Assembly (NCBI RefSeq): GCF_037042905.1
Contig: NC_087245.1
Coordinates: forward strand, 39,620,001 to 39,684,000
Direction of reading: 5' to 3'
Length of the DNA: 64,000 nt
Origin: Lytechinus pictus
Lineage: Eukaryota
In this document: positions 13,171 through 25,915 of the stretch, in pieces
How the letters are laid out: each line of letters starts with the position of its first letter
How positions within the stretch are numbered: position 1 is the first letter of the stretch
Notes under the pieces: model-generated
Database searches by the model: none
What the model was told of the DNA's origin: nothing
Seen by the model: the letters and a program-made list of their open reading frames with translations, nothing else
Position numbers and translations under genes: made by a program

Positions 13171-14249
13171 CTTGTTGAGATTTGACGGTAAACAAGAAAC
13201 CTAACAAGAAGTGGATAACCCTCCTCGTGCCAAAGTACCAATCACCAACATCAGTCCACATGGTTCATCTGAACCAAATGATAGAGAATATGATGATATG
13301 TCATTTTTTTTTCAACTTCTTTTGTAATTATCCATGTTGGAACTAAAGAGAACAGTTTTTGGAGTAAGGATATTGGTGCTTTTGTCTTTTTAGCAGTGTG
13401 AGGCAAAGGTTCATCACTGCATGAATTGTTTTTTAATGCATACTTCCCAAATATGATTGTGAATTTCTACATAAGCATTGTTTAATTTAGAACAACAGTT
13501 TGGAACAATTTTGTTTGAAGAATAATTGCAACTTTCTTGATAGTGACAGGCATTTTCTTTGTGATTTGTCTTTGTACCGCAATGACTATGTACATTTGAA
13601 TTAGCAAGGAGCAGAACATCTTTCATCTGTTTTTTTAACATCATCTACAACAAATTATTGAAAAGGGTTCCTGCAAGACAAATACGTCTCACTGGATTCC
13701 TCCAGAACCTAAGAAATAATGGATACAACCTCTGCCAAAAAAAAAGAAAAGGAAAGTCCCTGAAACAAAAAAAAGGAGATCGCATACTTGTATGTCTACA
13801 AGGCAGGAGAGAAGGACTTCAACTGCTCGGCCCTAATCTGGCAAAAGGGTCTTTCTGCAAAATTTTGGAATTTTTTTTTTTTCATATCTAGGGTTTATGA
13901 GGCCAAAATTTTCATCTGGCCAACTCTCAGTGGTGCTCGAGCTTTCGTTTTCGAGATACCAGAGGACACCAATATCAAATTCCATCATTTTACCGGTATC
14001 TAATCTGGCAGAAGGGTCTATCTGCACATAGACCCTATAAAAAGTGGTAGTAATCTGGCAAAGGGGTTTATCTGCACAGAGACCCTTTTGCCAGATTACA
14101 TGGTGGAGAAGACGTATTTATTTAATCAGGCAAAAGGGTCTATCTGCACATAGACCCTTTTGCCAGATTAAATTATGGAGAAGATGTATTCATTTAATCA
14201 GGCAAAAGGGTCTATCTGCGCATACATCCTATTACCATTCAATATGTAG

Positions 14250-14405
14250 GAAAGCTGCTCGCATATGACGTCACAAATAAAATGATTCAAATTCTTTAAA
14301 CTTTTTGAATCTTTGATGGAGTTTCCTCAAACCTTCGGTAATATGTTTAATTATTGCTTTATGCTATTTTTACAATGAACTTTTTCCAGGGTGAACTTCC
14401 CCTTT
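14250..14405. mobile_element. Right end of a Kolobok-like MITE
   Basis: Ends CAGGGTGAACTTCCCCT like the intact copy at 57367-57880. A degenerate left end may lie at ~10663. Confidence 0.6.
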
Positions 14406-14527
14406 CACAGAGCTTCCAGCCTTATAAACCTTCTACTTCTGCGGGCACACACCAGTTACTTTAGTATATATTATTTTCATTGAGTTTATTTAAAACTGGA
14501 CTCTCTTCTCTGAAATGACAAAAATAA

Positions 14528-15088
14528 GTGAATGATCTAAATCATCAGGTCAAGATTGCCATCAAGTACCTCAAACCTGGACATACATTTATGGCAGCTG
14601 ACAGCATTCATCGCAATATTGCAATGAAATTAAACTCAAAGTCTGCAATATTTTATTTCCATGACTACCAGGACGAGATCAAGTCTTCCCGAAAGGGAAC
14701 TAAATGCATTGTACTGAACCACACCGACATGTCCCACTTTGATGATCAGTCTCGCAAAAATACGAAGGTCCGATTGAGAGATGTGAGGGTGGTAGAATTC
14801 CTGAGAGGAACGGATAGTCTCTACATAAAATCTTCACATGAAGATCGGGAAGAATTCAAAGAGGTAAATTTTCTTCGAGAATCTGCCAGCAAAGAGATCA
14901 CTGAGTTGATCGCAGATGGGGAGAACACAGTGGAATCAGTTCCAAGAATGGCATCAGCCCGTGGCATCTCTGAGGACAAGAAGATAATGCAGCTGGTCAC
15001 TGTCATGCCACCTCACAAACAAATGTTCTACAAACAATTGAGTGTAAATAACCAAGCACCTGACCTTGAGGTGGAAGTAGGTATTTGA
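14528..15088 (+). pseudogene. Sola-type DDE transposase C-terminal fragment; partial tandem copy at 15090-15333
   Basis: IKYLKPGHTFMAADSIH motif and a C-terminal RGISEDKK...MPPHKQMFY. The N-terminus is absent. Confidence 0.65.
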
Positions 15089-15334
15089 AATAAGTGAATG
15101 ATCCAAATCATCAGGTCAAGATTGCCATCAAGTAACTTGAACTTGGACATACATTTATGGCAGCTAACAGCATTCATTGTAATATTGCCATGAAATTGAG
15201 CTCAAAGTCTGCAATATTTGATTTCCATGACTACCAGGACGAGATCAAGTCTTCCCGAAAGGGAATTAAATGCATTGTACTGAACCTCATGCATCGACAT
15301 GTCCCACTTTGATGATCAGTCTCACAAAAATACT

Positions 15335-15460
15335 GTGCGTTTTCATGTATTGCCCCTACTAAACTCCCACCCAATATTTAAAAAATGCTCAATCCATTAA
15401 TTGATTCATTCAAAATCCTTCTCAAAACTCACCTTTTAAAAAACTGTATACAAAAATGTA
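15335..15460 (+). mobile_element. CR1/L2 LINE 3' fragment
   Basis: DSFKILLKTHLL terminal motif. Confidence 0.45.
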
Positions 15461-17504
15461 TAACTCACTGTTCTGGAGGCACACACCAGTAGTATATAAT
15501 ATCTTCATTGAGTTTTTTAATATATAAATTAGATATGTTAAGAGGGGGGTGGGGTGTAGATACGGCAAACACCGTAAATGGTTTATCATACTTGATGCAG
15601 ATGTTTGACCCTTAAAGTCTGATTATTGTGGGGTTTTAAAATAGGTTTTATAAAGCAAAATAAGCTCAAACATATACCGTTCAAGAATAAGCAAACGGAG
15701 AACAACTCAGGAACAGGACACAAATAAATACAACTAAGCGAGATGAAATCTGGTCGTTCACCGTTTAGTAATTCAGTTTACTAACATATACAAATTTAAA
15801 GTAAACAGCAAACAATTTAGTATCTATATTCATTTCTTACAAATATGAATTCTTATCAATAATTAATGATGTGTTTAAAAAAAAATCCTTTTACCATTGT
15901 GAAATTAAATTTATTCTACCGTTTGCCGCACATACTTCATCAACTCAACATATAGCAAGATTATATGGGAGTTCATGATTGAAATTCGTAAAAATGTAAG
16001 CAATTCTTCACATTTGTTTATCTTTGTACAGGGCCCCATTGTCACAAGCTATCTTAGGGTAATTTTATATGTATTGAACTCAAATGCAGAAATTGATTCC
16101 AACTGTCCACACCATAGTTTGTATATCTTCTGAATAAAGTCTATCCCAATAAATGAGTCTAATACTCTTTTGAAAGCAATATATAAAATCCTTGCAAAAT
16201 CAAATTTTAAACATGAATACGGGGATAAAACAATTTTATCTAATATCCATATATTTTTAATGATGTTTTACGACTTGCTCTTTTATATGTTCATACTTTA
16301 TCCTCTTTTTATTTTAATTATTTAATATCACATGTATATTTATTTCATTGCTATCTTGCCTTAGATGAATACATATTTCTTATTGCAGTATATTTACAAA
16401 TGCTGCTGTTTTTAATGCTTAAAATATGTAATTATTCTATTAATAATTTCTAATTCAGCTGAGACTGTTGTTTTTGATATATCTTGAATTGAATAAGTGA
16501 CATTGTGGTTAGCTCCATAAATTCATGTCTGTATTCATGAAAAATTTGAACTGTGAAGGAAAAATTATGAATCATTGAATGACCTAGATTTCAATTATGT
16601 ATGTTTTGCTTATCTCGTTAATTGTTTTTTGTTAAACTGATTGTAATGCACAGTTGCACAACTGATGCACAATTGATTAAATTATACTGAATACATTCAC
16701 TTTAATTGAAAAGGAAAAAATGTAAATTTGAATGAAATTTGAATGAATTTGTATATAGCGCTCATTAATTGAAATATGATTATGAAAACACATTTAGTGT
16801 TTTTAATAGCTGGGATTAAAGTTCAGTACTCAAGCTCACTTAAAATTTGTTTGTGCAGTTTATAACCATAGCCTACATGTTGGATTTGAGGCAGTTTCAT
16901 GGTGATTGTGTAAGTGAATGATATTGCATCTGTATAATTGAGAGGATGGGCCCTGTACAAAGATTAAACAAATTTTAACTAATTAAAGTGTAAACACTAA
17001 TCCCATGCAGAACATTGCAGAAGGTGAATACAGATTTAAGAAAGGAAGGGATGGATAGCACGAAAGAAGAAGAGTAGAGAAAAAGAAAAGGAGAGCAAGG
17101 GAGAGGAGAAAAAGGCAAAAAATAGAAGAAATGAAAAAACACAATTGGTAGATGTTAGACTGCCATATAAAAAACAAAATCATAGATTTTAGAAGAAAAC
17201 AGATAGCTCTTAAAGAATGAAAGGCAAAGTAAAACTCTTCGTCAGTCTGTGGCATGTGTGAGAAAGAGAAATCAAAATACAATTGGTTATAATTAATGAA
17301 GATCTTATAAGATGGATAAAATTTAAAAAAAATATTGTTATGCCCAACTTTATAATTGATTAATTTTGTATAATCAACAATATCCTACCCAATTAAGTGT
17401 AAAATCTTGGATAGTGTCATTATTATTTTATTTATTTATTTTTTGTTGGGGGGGGGGTTAGGTTTTAAATTTTCCAATCGCTAAGACACCCTGTGCATCC
17501 AACC

Positions 17505-18262
17505 AATTGCTTTCAGAACAAAGTCAATTAGTTATAAACGCCTAGCAGATCAAATGGTTTTTGTAACATTCCTGGTAGACCAAATGGCTGTGGACCACAT
17601 GCCTACTTAGACCAATTAGTTACGGACCAAACGCCTAGTAGATCAAATGTTTTTTGTTACATTCCTGGTAGACCAAATGGCTGTGGACCAAATGCCTACT
17701 TAGACCAATTAGTTACGGACCAAATGCCTATAGACCAAATGGTTTTTGTAACATTCCTGGTAGACCAAATGACTACTGAGACCAAATGGTTGTGGACCAG
17801 ACACCTAGTAGACCAAATGCTTGTGGACCAAACGCCTAGTAAACCAAATGGTTTTGTAACAATGCCTAGTAGACAAAATGCTTGTGGACCAGACGCCTAG
17901 TAGACCAAATGCTTGTGGACCAAACGCATAGTAGACCAAATGGTTTTGTATCAATGCCTAGTAGACCGAATGGTCGTGGACTAAACGCCTTAATAGACCA
18001 AATACTTGTGGACCAAACGCCTAGTAGACCAGTGGTTTTGTAACAAGGTCTAGTAGACCAAATGCTTATGGACCAAACGCCTAGTAGACCAAATGCTTGT
18101 GGACCAAACGCCTAGTAGACCAAATGGTTGTGGACCAAATGCCTATTAGACCAAATGGTTTTGTAACAACGCCTAGTAGACCAAATGGTTATGGACCAAA
18201 CGCCTAGTAGACCAAATGGTTTTGGACAAAATGGATAGTAAACCAAGTGGTTGTAGACCATG
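17505..18262. repeat. Tandem GACCAAATG-based minisatellite
   Basis: Dozens of TAGACCAAATG/GGACCAAACGCC units. A related motif occurs in the element at 42730-43263. Confidence 0.9.
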
Positions 18263-18518
18263 AAGTTGAGAGTCCTGCGCAGCCTGTCCAATATTATAAT
18301 AGTTTACCAACCGTGCAGATATACCTTTCTGCCTGGTTAAATTAACACAATTTCCCTCTGTAATTATCTGACAACAGGGTGTATCTGCAGATAGACCCTG
18401 TTTGCCTGATAAAATAAACATATTATCTGCCATCATTTAAGGCAAAAAGGTCTATGTGCAGATAGACCCTTTTGCCAGATTACAGCCAATCTTTATAGGG
18501 TCTATGTGCAGATAGACC

Positions 18519-19601
18519 CAGTCAGTCCGCAAGCCCCTGTGTTAATGAGCAAATGAGCAAGATTCATCCAAGTCCTCTCGTGGCTGAATTCATGTCCCTG
18601 CAAAATCTCGTGAATTGTGAGACTTTCTTTCTCAAAGAATTTAACCACTTTCTCCTTGAGTAATATTGATTATTTTTGTACCATGGGCAAGAGTAAATGT
18701 TACCCTTTTATATTGGTCATTTCTTTTGAATGAAATATTTTGATAAATAAGTGATTTTTTTACCTGAAAAGATGCATCAAACAGAATTTTCTTCCTCTGT
18801 TTTCACTTGCAAATTGTGCAACATTTTGTGTTTTAGGCACCAACATTATTCATATCATCAGAAAGCTCAAACTCTATACTTTCTTACAATGTCACTCTTG
18901 ATATGTGGCATCTTTTAGATGGGTCAGCAGCCAGTTATTTCCATCAAGATGCAAGACGAGATTTCTGAAATTTCTGAGTAACATAAAATCCAGAGTTCTG
19001 ATTGGCTGAATACTGTTTTCAAAACAAACAGGCGCGGGTAATTTGAAGAGATTACCACATGGTGAGTGTGACCTTGCAGAGGCCCAGTGTGGGGAACATT
19101 GGAATTTGCGTGGGTGTGTGGTCTGTATGACCAATCAGAGCGCAGTATTCTTGTTTTTGAGCTGCAAAATGTACTTGGCCTATGAAAAGCTGGCTGCTGA
19201 CCCATCTAAAATACATCTTCTTATAAAAATTATATCATATTAAAGCTTAGATCTTCAGCTTTATCATGATTTAAAAATCATTTGTGCCCAAACAGAAATT
19301 AAGTGTAAAAACAACAACTTTTGTTGCATTAAAAAAATATTTTGTTTCATGTTTTAGATCAAAAGTTTTTCCTATATTACAACATTCTTTTAAAAATCCA
19401 AACACATGACCTAAAAGAATGATTCTTCTTCTTTACAAAGATACCAAAAACATGAAATTTGGTCAATATTTAGAGCAGCAATGGCCGAATAAAAAGAGGT
19501 GTTTTGGTTCGCACCAAGCTCATTAACTATGCAAAAACCCTCTTGTCATGAATATCACTTGGATAAAAGAAGCTACTTTTTCAGGGCTTGCGGACTGACT
19601 A
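18519..19601. mobile_element. Non-autonomous TIR element (Academ-like?) nested in the Sola subterminal repeat
   Basis: TIR (C)AGTCAGTCCGCAAGCCC ... GGGCTTGCGGACTGACT(A). The TSD reads GACC (4 bp) or AGACCC (6 bp). Removing it restores GCAGATAGACCCTTTTGCC. Confidence 0.8.
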
Positions 19602-21309
19602 GACCCTTTTGCCAGATGAATATCACTGTCTTTGCTTCCGAGATTAATCTGGCAAAAGGGTCTATCTGCATTAAATTGGATCTTACAAGAAAAGGAAAGG
19701 GATTAAAATAATAAAATGGGACTAAAAATGATTTTTCAAAGATAAACTAAGTGATAGAATAGAGTCCACCAGCTAAAATTAACTCTCAAGTATTCTACAA
19801 GTAAATTAAATGCTCAAACTTCAAAGCTGATTTTCTCAGAAAGTTTTTCGAGGGCGATTGTGCAGATAGACCCTTTTGCCAGATTACGGCCGTGCTGTGG
19901 TGGTGTTTTCTGATGGAAACGGACTCCGCAACCCAAGCATCCTCCACAAAGGCACGTGCCAGAATATTGTGAGAGTGCGTTTTATACCCTACAAGACATT
20001 GGCAGAGCAGGAGCATCACCCTGGTTTAGCTAGGCCTACATGTACAGCTAGGTTGCTTTCTGTACAAAGCGCCCATGTTTTCAGGAAGGTGATGAAGGGG
20101 ACTCGCAGGAAGAAGAAAGATAAAAAGGTTACCAGTAACTTATTTATACCCGGCAAACCTGGTCGGGTTTGCTACTGTCAATATGCATCTTATGTACATG
20201 TAGGTACATTATTATGTTGAACTTTAAAGAACCAAGATTAATAAAGACAAGTACTATATTTTAGATTTTTTTCTTCTTCAAATTTCAGTACCATCCTGCA
20301 GTCGTTGCTGATGTTCCACATTGGACCCTTTATCCTGGTATCCCCAATCCTCGGAAGGACACCAACAATGATGATCATGCTCCGCAAGCAATCATGTCAA
20401 CTGGGCTGCCTGGCCCTGTTGCAGAGCTTGTTCATCCCCACAACAATACATCTTGCCAATCTTCATCCATTAACACCTTAGTGAGTTAACAACCTTGCCA
20501 GCCAGGGCCTGCTCATCAATCTCCCACCATGGCCTGCCAGTCCACGCCCATGACCTTGCCAGTCAACACCAGTACCTTGCCAACCAGTAACGAACAATCT
20601 TGTCCCCCGGAGCATCATCAGTCACCATTCTTACATGTATCTTGCCGGTCCCCAGCTACATTTACTCACTTGCTGAAGGAGCCTTGCCGTGGTTTCCAAA
20701 CAATCATCCTCATCAATTTTGCCCATCATGTAACGTCACAGATTCATCAATAAAGTTGTCAATTTACGATAGATAGAAGTTTTAAGGCGAGCATGCAACA
20801 GATTTGCCAGTCAGGGGTAGGGGAAATTCAACGTACAGGGTGCGCGATATATTCCAGCTCAAAGATATGAAGGTACAGTGGTAGCCCGACCTATGGTGCC
20901 ACATAATTGTAGTAGTAAGTGTTAAAAGAGATTAGAGAGATTAGTCTCTATTAATATTGTATGGTAATCATGTTTTATATATACATATATATATACATGT
21001 ATACATTCTCGGATCTGGGCAGCATCAAGTGGGGACTTCCATCAACACTGGCTGCTCTGGATCTGGGGATTCTCCAACCACGCTTCACCCAACGTTTTCA
21101 TCCGACTCAACCTGTACATATCATTGCCTGTTTTACCTGTTTATTTCTTGATGTTCGCCGGCGATGTCTCGGGTGTCGTCGATATCTTTGTAAGTATAAT
21201 CACCGTTAAGTTTTCCTCCTTTTCCTGTCGTGACTCGCTCACTTTCTCAACTCTATCTTTTGTGTGTGTAACTTACTTGAATTCTTCTTCAAAAAGTCCT
21301 CTTTCCGTT

Positions 21310-21375
21310 CCATATATATACATATATACATATACATATATATATATATAGAGAGAGAGAGAGAGGGAGAGAGAG
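21310..21375. repeat. (TA)n/(GA)n microsatellite
   Basis: Directly visible in the sequence. Confidence 0.9.
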
Positions 21376-22560
21376 ATTTTGTAGTGTGGGTCAGAAGTGT
21401 GGGCCAAACTTTAGGAAGTGTGAGTCATATGGCCCAAACTCCAGGGGAAGTATGGGCCAAAATTTTATGAATGTGTGTATATTTACCAGTCTTGAATGTG
21501 AGAATAAATGAAAGAATGAATGAACTTGAATGTCTCGGTATCTAGAAAGCATGCGCAAAGTCAAAGAGTCAAAGTGCATGTTTGTCGGTGCACGTGCGGA
21601 ACATTTAATTTTCCAGAACGTCGCTGGATACGGGTTTCAAGTTTATTTGGACTAAAATTTGACCTCGAAAAATGGCCGACGACGACATTAACACCATGTT
21701 GTCTGATCCTCTGGTAAGTAGATTGAAATTATCTTAAATTTTCCCCTATGATTTAGTTACCTTTATTAAGGGCCTTCGACTAGGCTTTAGTTTAGTTAGA
21801 CCTGCGGTACCGTAACCAAGGGAGCTCCGGCGGCCCAGCGGGCTCCCTGAGTTAACGGTACCGTAGACTTTAGTCACTCGTACCGCGGAAGGCTGAATGG
21901 GGGTCGCCGAAGGACCCTTTGTGACTTGTGTACTGAAACATAGCAGTACTTCTTCCTCTCTTTGACTTTGCTAGAGTCCAGAGTTCCATATGTACCCCTG
22001 CTAGAATTGAAAATAAAAATATGAAGAAGGTTGAAAATAATATATCTAAGCTGAATCTAGGGGTTATATGATGGGGGAGTGAAAATAGATAGATCTATCA
22101 TCTAGATCTAGCCTAGAGGTCTAGGGCCTACCAAAATATGGCTTTATTCCATCAAATTTTCAATGCATGTAATTGTCCGTAGATATGGGAATGTATAGAG
22201 AACCATTTTGTTGAAGGCCATACATGCACATTATATCAGAGCATTCTGGTGGCAATCAAATGATCAACTACATGAAGTAGTAGTAGTAGTAGAAGTGGTA
22301 GTAGAAGATGGAGTAAAGGTAGAAGTAGTACTGGTTAAATTGTGTGGCGACTGCAACATATTATGTGGCAGATCCCTACTCATTCACGTGTAGCATTAAT
22401 GTGATTCCTTACCATATTGAATATCATTGTTTCTTTTTTTTTTAAGGCAGCTGGGTCAGTTGTCTTAAAGACAAAACAAAACCAAAACAATAGGATGCCA
22501 TGAATGGTCATGGTGGTTTGGATCAGGAAAAATGACACATTCCTTATCTTTTATTTCCAG

Positions 22561-22830
22561 GTGCATGATCACAAGACATCCTCATCATTTGGCCGAGCTG
22601 AAGTCGTTGTTGAAGATCAACATTTCCAGTACTTCAAGCTTTATGATGAGTTGCGCAAATTAACACCTAAGAGCACACCGTCAGATAACCTGACAAACGC
22701 ACCGTACTTCCTTGCACATACTGGTAAGGCTGTGTCGAAGCCAAGCTCCGAGCTTACCGAGGCATGGAGAGCATGTGGCCTGCAGGGAGGGGTCTCCACC
22801 AGAACCATCCGCAAGACAGTTGCCTCAGCA
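22561..22830 (+). pseudogene. Tyrosine recombinase (Crypton-like) exon
   Basis: AG/GT-bounded 270-bp phase-0 exon VHDHKTSSSFGRAEVVV...PYFLAHTG...WRACGLQGGVSTRTIRKTVASA, with HKT and IRK motifs. Confidence 0.7.
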
Positions 22831-23247
22831 GTAAGCAAGATTCATCCTTGACACAGAGAATAAAAATATGTGCGCTGTACGATTGCAATGAACGGCAGAA
22901 TCTTCAGCAGAATTGTCTGAACAAAATGCCCTTTACTCGACCACCCTTACCCCTCCCCCAACTCTAACTTTTGTCAATCTGAACTTTACACTACCAATGT
23001 TTTTTTTTCTCTTATAAAAAAATGTATAATGCAAAATATTTATTATTCAAACCCTAAAAGGACTGTGGTATTATGGTAGATGAAAAAAAAACTGGGGGAG
23101 GGGGGCCTAAATGACCCCTTCCCCCTTGATATCTCGGCCAAAGATCACGCGATCACCGCAAAAAATAGCAGAATGGTTTGTGTACAATGTAATCTACAAG
23201 TTTGAAATTGAAATTTATCCAAAGTAGTCTTTTTGTGACATTTTCAG

Positions 23248-23755
23248 GGCGATCCTCGCGAAGGAAAACTTACATCATGTAGATGAGAATGCAAAAATGA
23301 CCGCGGTGTACGTTGGTGAGTCATCTCTCAAAATGTCCAAGCTCGGTGTCGATATTGATAGTTGCATAGCACACGAAATATGTACTCACTTCGGAAAATT
23401 TGTAAAATTGGAGTGCACCGTCAGCATCCCTGGGGCTAATGTATCTGACGCTGGCCCTGCATCTAGATCTAGATCAATTACGGATGTGTTGATGTCGACC
23501 GCAAAACAACTTGCCCGTCAGTCCCACATTCCGAACGCAATATCCATCAATTGCAAACGGACAAACCAGGCCAAGCTCCACAACGCCATCGTCGATGTTC
23601 TTCAAAGCATCTGACAACTTGGCAAGATGGGGTCGCCGGAAGAGGGGGAGAGGTTCGTGAAGGCACTAAAAGACAGCCTCTGGTACATCGATGGCCACCA
23701 ATCCACACTGAGAGAGAGGGTCACACTGCCGCCCCTCTTGGCAAGTTTGGAGAGG
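23248..23755 (+). pseudogene. Probable DNA-transposon protein fragment, family uncertain
   Basis: Coding-like frame ...LHNAIVDVLQSI*QLGKMGSPEEGERFVKALKDSLWYIDGHQSTLRERG with one stop. It sits inside a split piggyBac-like MITE. Confidence 0.4.
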
Positions 23756-24673
23756 TAGTTGTATTGAAGTCAGTTAGCCCTATGTTTTTTTTTCATTAAA
23801 AAAGAATGAGTTGCGTTTTATTTTCTAATACTGAGTCGACTGTCTATGCCGTATGGTCGCCACTCGCTATACACAGTGCTGTCACAACTCACACGACAGA
23901 TAAAAGTGGGTTAAAAGGTTACAAAAGGTCAAACTTTCATCTTCTGGAAAACAATGAATAATGAAATCGGTTCCTCATTATGAGCTGGAAAAAATGGGAC
24001 GGGAAACTCAACATCGAGTTTCATTGGCCTAATCAGTAAAAAAAACTCCAAAATTGCTGATTTTTGGTCAAGATACTCTTTGTGGTATTCTTAACATTTG
24101 TATTCGAAAAATTTCTGGTATGAAAATCATTTTCCTATGTACTTTATTGTTTTATGAATTTCTTATGTATGTCATTAATTTTTTTACCTTTTGTTATAGT
24201 TTATTTTTCGATGGAATATGTGACAGGCACTTGATAAAACAGAATACTGCTAAAACAATTTAATTTCAGCCATTGAGAGCAAATATAAGCATATTTATAT
24301 ATGAACCATGTGAAAAGAGTGAAATTGCAGTTCTTCTGGACACAAAATCACTTCTTTGAGCGATTTTTGGTCTGACATGTATGTACAAATAATTATCTAA
24401 CTTTAGAACCGTACCCCTGGGCATCACAAATTTGATGGCAAAATTTGTTGGAAACTCGTAGGAAAAAAATCATGAAAAGTCGTGGCGAGAGCTTTGTGCC
24501 TTCCAGAGTACTTGGGCGAAATCTGCCAAATGGTGTGAGTCAAATTATGGTGGTCAAACCATCAAAGCAAGCTTTAATAAACTGCATTTGGAAGTAATGT
24601 ATAAATGAGTACAGTATTGAAGGAAGGCTTGTAATGGAAGTTTGAGGTGTACCAAGGCATTTTTAAGTTGAAG

Positions 24674-24818
24674 GCACGGGATGAGATGTCTGCAGAGTGG
24701 CGCAAGAAGGTGGCAACCTTCATGTGCCATTCGTTAGAAACTGCTGAGCAGTATTACACTGCAAGATTTAAGACCTCCCAGAACATCGAATGCCGCGATA
24801 AGGTGTGGAGTCTTCTTC
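24674..24818 (+). pseudogene. Tyrosine recombinase C-terminal exon, copy 1 (copies also at 31817-31968 and 33777-33881)
   Basis: ARDEMSAEWRKKVATFMCHSLETAEQYY carries the MxHSxxTAxxYY catalytic His/Tyr box. Confidence 0.75.
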
Positions 24819-24819
24819 C

Positions 24820-24895
24820 ACAGGAAAAATTCAGAGGAAATGGTCTGGCCTGAAGATGGGAGCTCTTCGCTACAAGGCTGCTAGAATGCAAACAG
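24820..24895 (+). pseudogene. Myb/SANT-like (Harbinger ORF2-type) fragment
   Basis: KIQRKWSGLKMGALRYKAARMQT(G) followed by a GT donor. The downstream ~230 bp is duplicated at 36415-36650. Confidence 0.5.
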
Positions 24896-25129
24896 GTAAA
24901 TATGTGGAGGATACAAAAATCACACTACGCAAATTGTGAATACTGTAGGCATGAGTGCAATGGTGCATGATATTACGAGGTGAAAATTCTGTCGCTATCT
25001 TATATCGAGTACGAAAGCTTGATTTTTCCATGAACAAGAATAAGAATATTTGTTGTGAATTTGTAAATTGGCTCAGAAGTTTGTTGGAGATCAACTACAC
25101 ATCTCAATTAACCTTTTGTTGAATTATAT

Positions 25130-25582
25130 TTACCTTTGTTGAATTATGAATCTTCTAGAAATTCTGTAAAATATGCTGGAGTTATTTTATGGAACAAAAT
25201 ACCTAAAGAAATAAAAAGATGCCCATCTCTTGCCTCTTTCAAAAACAGATATAAAAATTCCTTATTGATGCCTATAAATAAATTTGAAAATAAGTTGTAT
25301 TGCCTTATATCATCCACCCATATAATTATGTTTACAGTACTTTCTCTTTCTCTTCTATGATTATTATGATTATATTATGGTCTCGGGAGCCCAGCCTTAG
25401 AAAGGCCATTGGCCTATGCTGGCTCCCTCATATTCTCATTTATTCTCTTGTTAAATGTATTTCTATTTTTGTATCTTTATTTGTATATAGTGTATTCTTT
25501 GATTTGTATGTTGTATGTTTTTTAATGAGAATTTGGAATAAATAAATGAATGAATGAATGAATGAATGAATGAATGAATGAA
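25130..25582 (+). mobile_element. CR1/L2-group LINE 3' end with (TGAA)n tail
   Basis: SVKYAGVILWNKIPKEIKRCPSLASFKNRYK, then AATAAA and (TGAA)n. Confidence 0.85.
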
Positions 25583-25915
25583 TCAGAAGTGCCTGCATGT
25601 TATGGTTCATATAACATAACAATCTTGAATTATTTGCCCTAATTTCAATTCATGCTTGAATTCCTTTTCCACTCTTACTTAACACTTCTGGCATTGAATA
25701 TCCTGTATGATTTATCAGTTCCATTGAGTGATTGAACAAATAATTACTAACAAAAACCTAATTTTGTCCTTTTCTTTGTTCAAACTCACCTTGGAGTTTT
25801 AAGCAAAAAATGTTCATATTTTATATCATTCGTTTTGCAGGACGATGAAAAACTTCGAGCCTGGGTGGACGCATAAACCCAAACCCTGTTTTCTGTTTTA
25901 AGGAAAACAGAGGAC

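Larger units (their letters stand above)
13828..19892 (+). mobile_element. Sola-like DNA transposon, internally rearranged
   Basis: TIR CGGCC(C/G)TAATCTGGCAAAAGGGTCT.TCTGCA at both ends, 4-bp TSD TGCT (13824-27, 19893-96), and subterminal GGCAAAAGGGTCTATCTGCA repeats in both orientations. Confidence 0.75.

Noticed and set aside
13836..14222. Regularly spaced 25-bp repeats as a CRISPR or guide array
   Set aside because: They alternate in orientation and are explained as subterminal repeats of the Sola-like element.
17505..18262. CRISPR-like repeat array
   Set aside because: The intervening sequences are themselves repetitive, there are no unique spacers or cas genes, and the context is eukaryotic.
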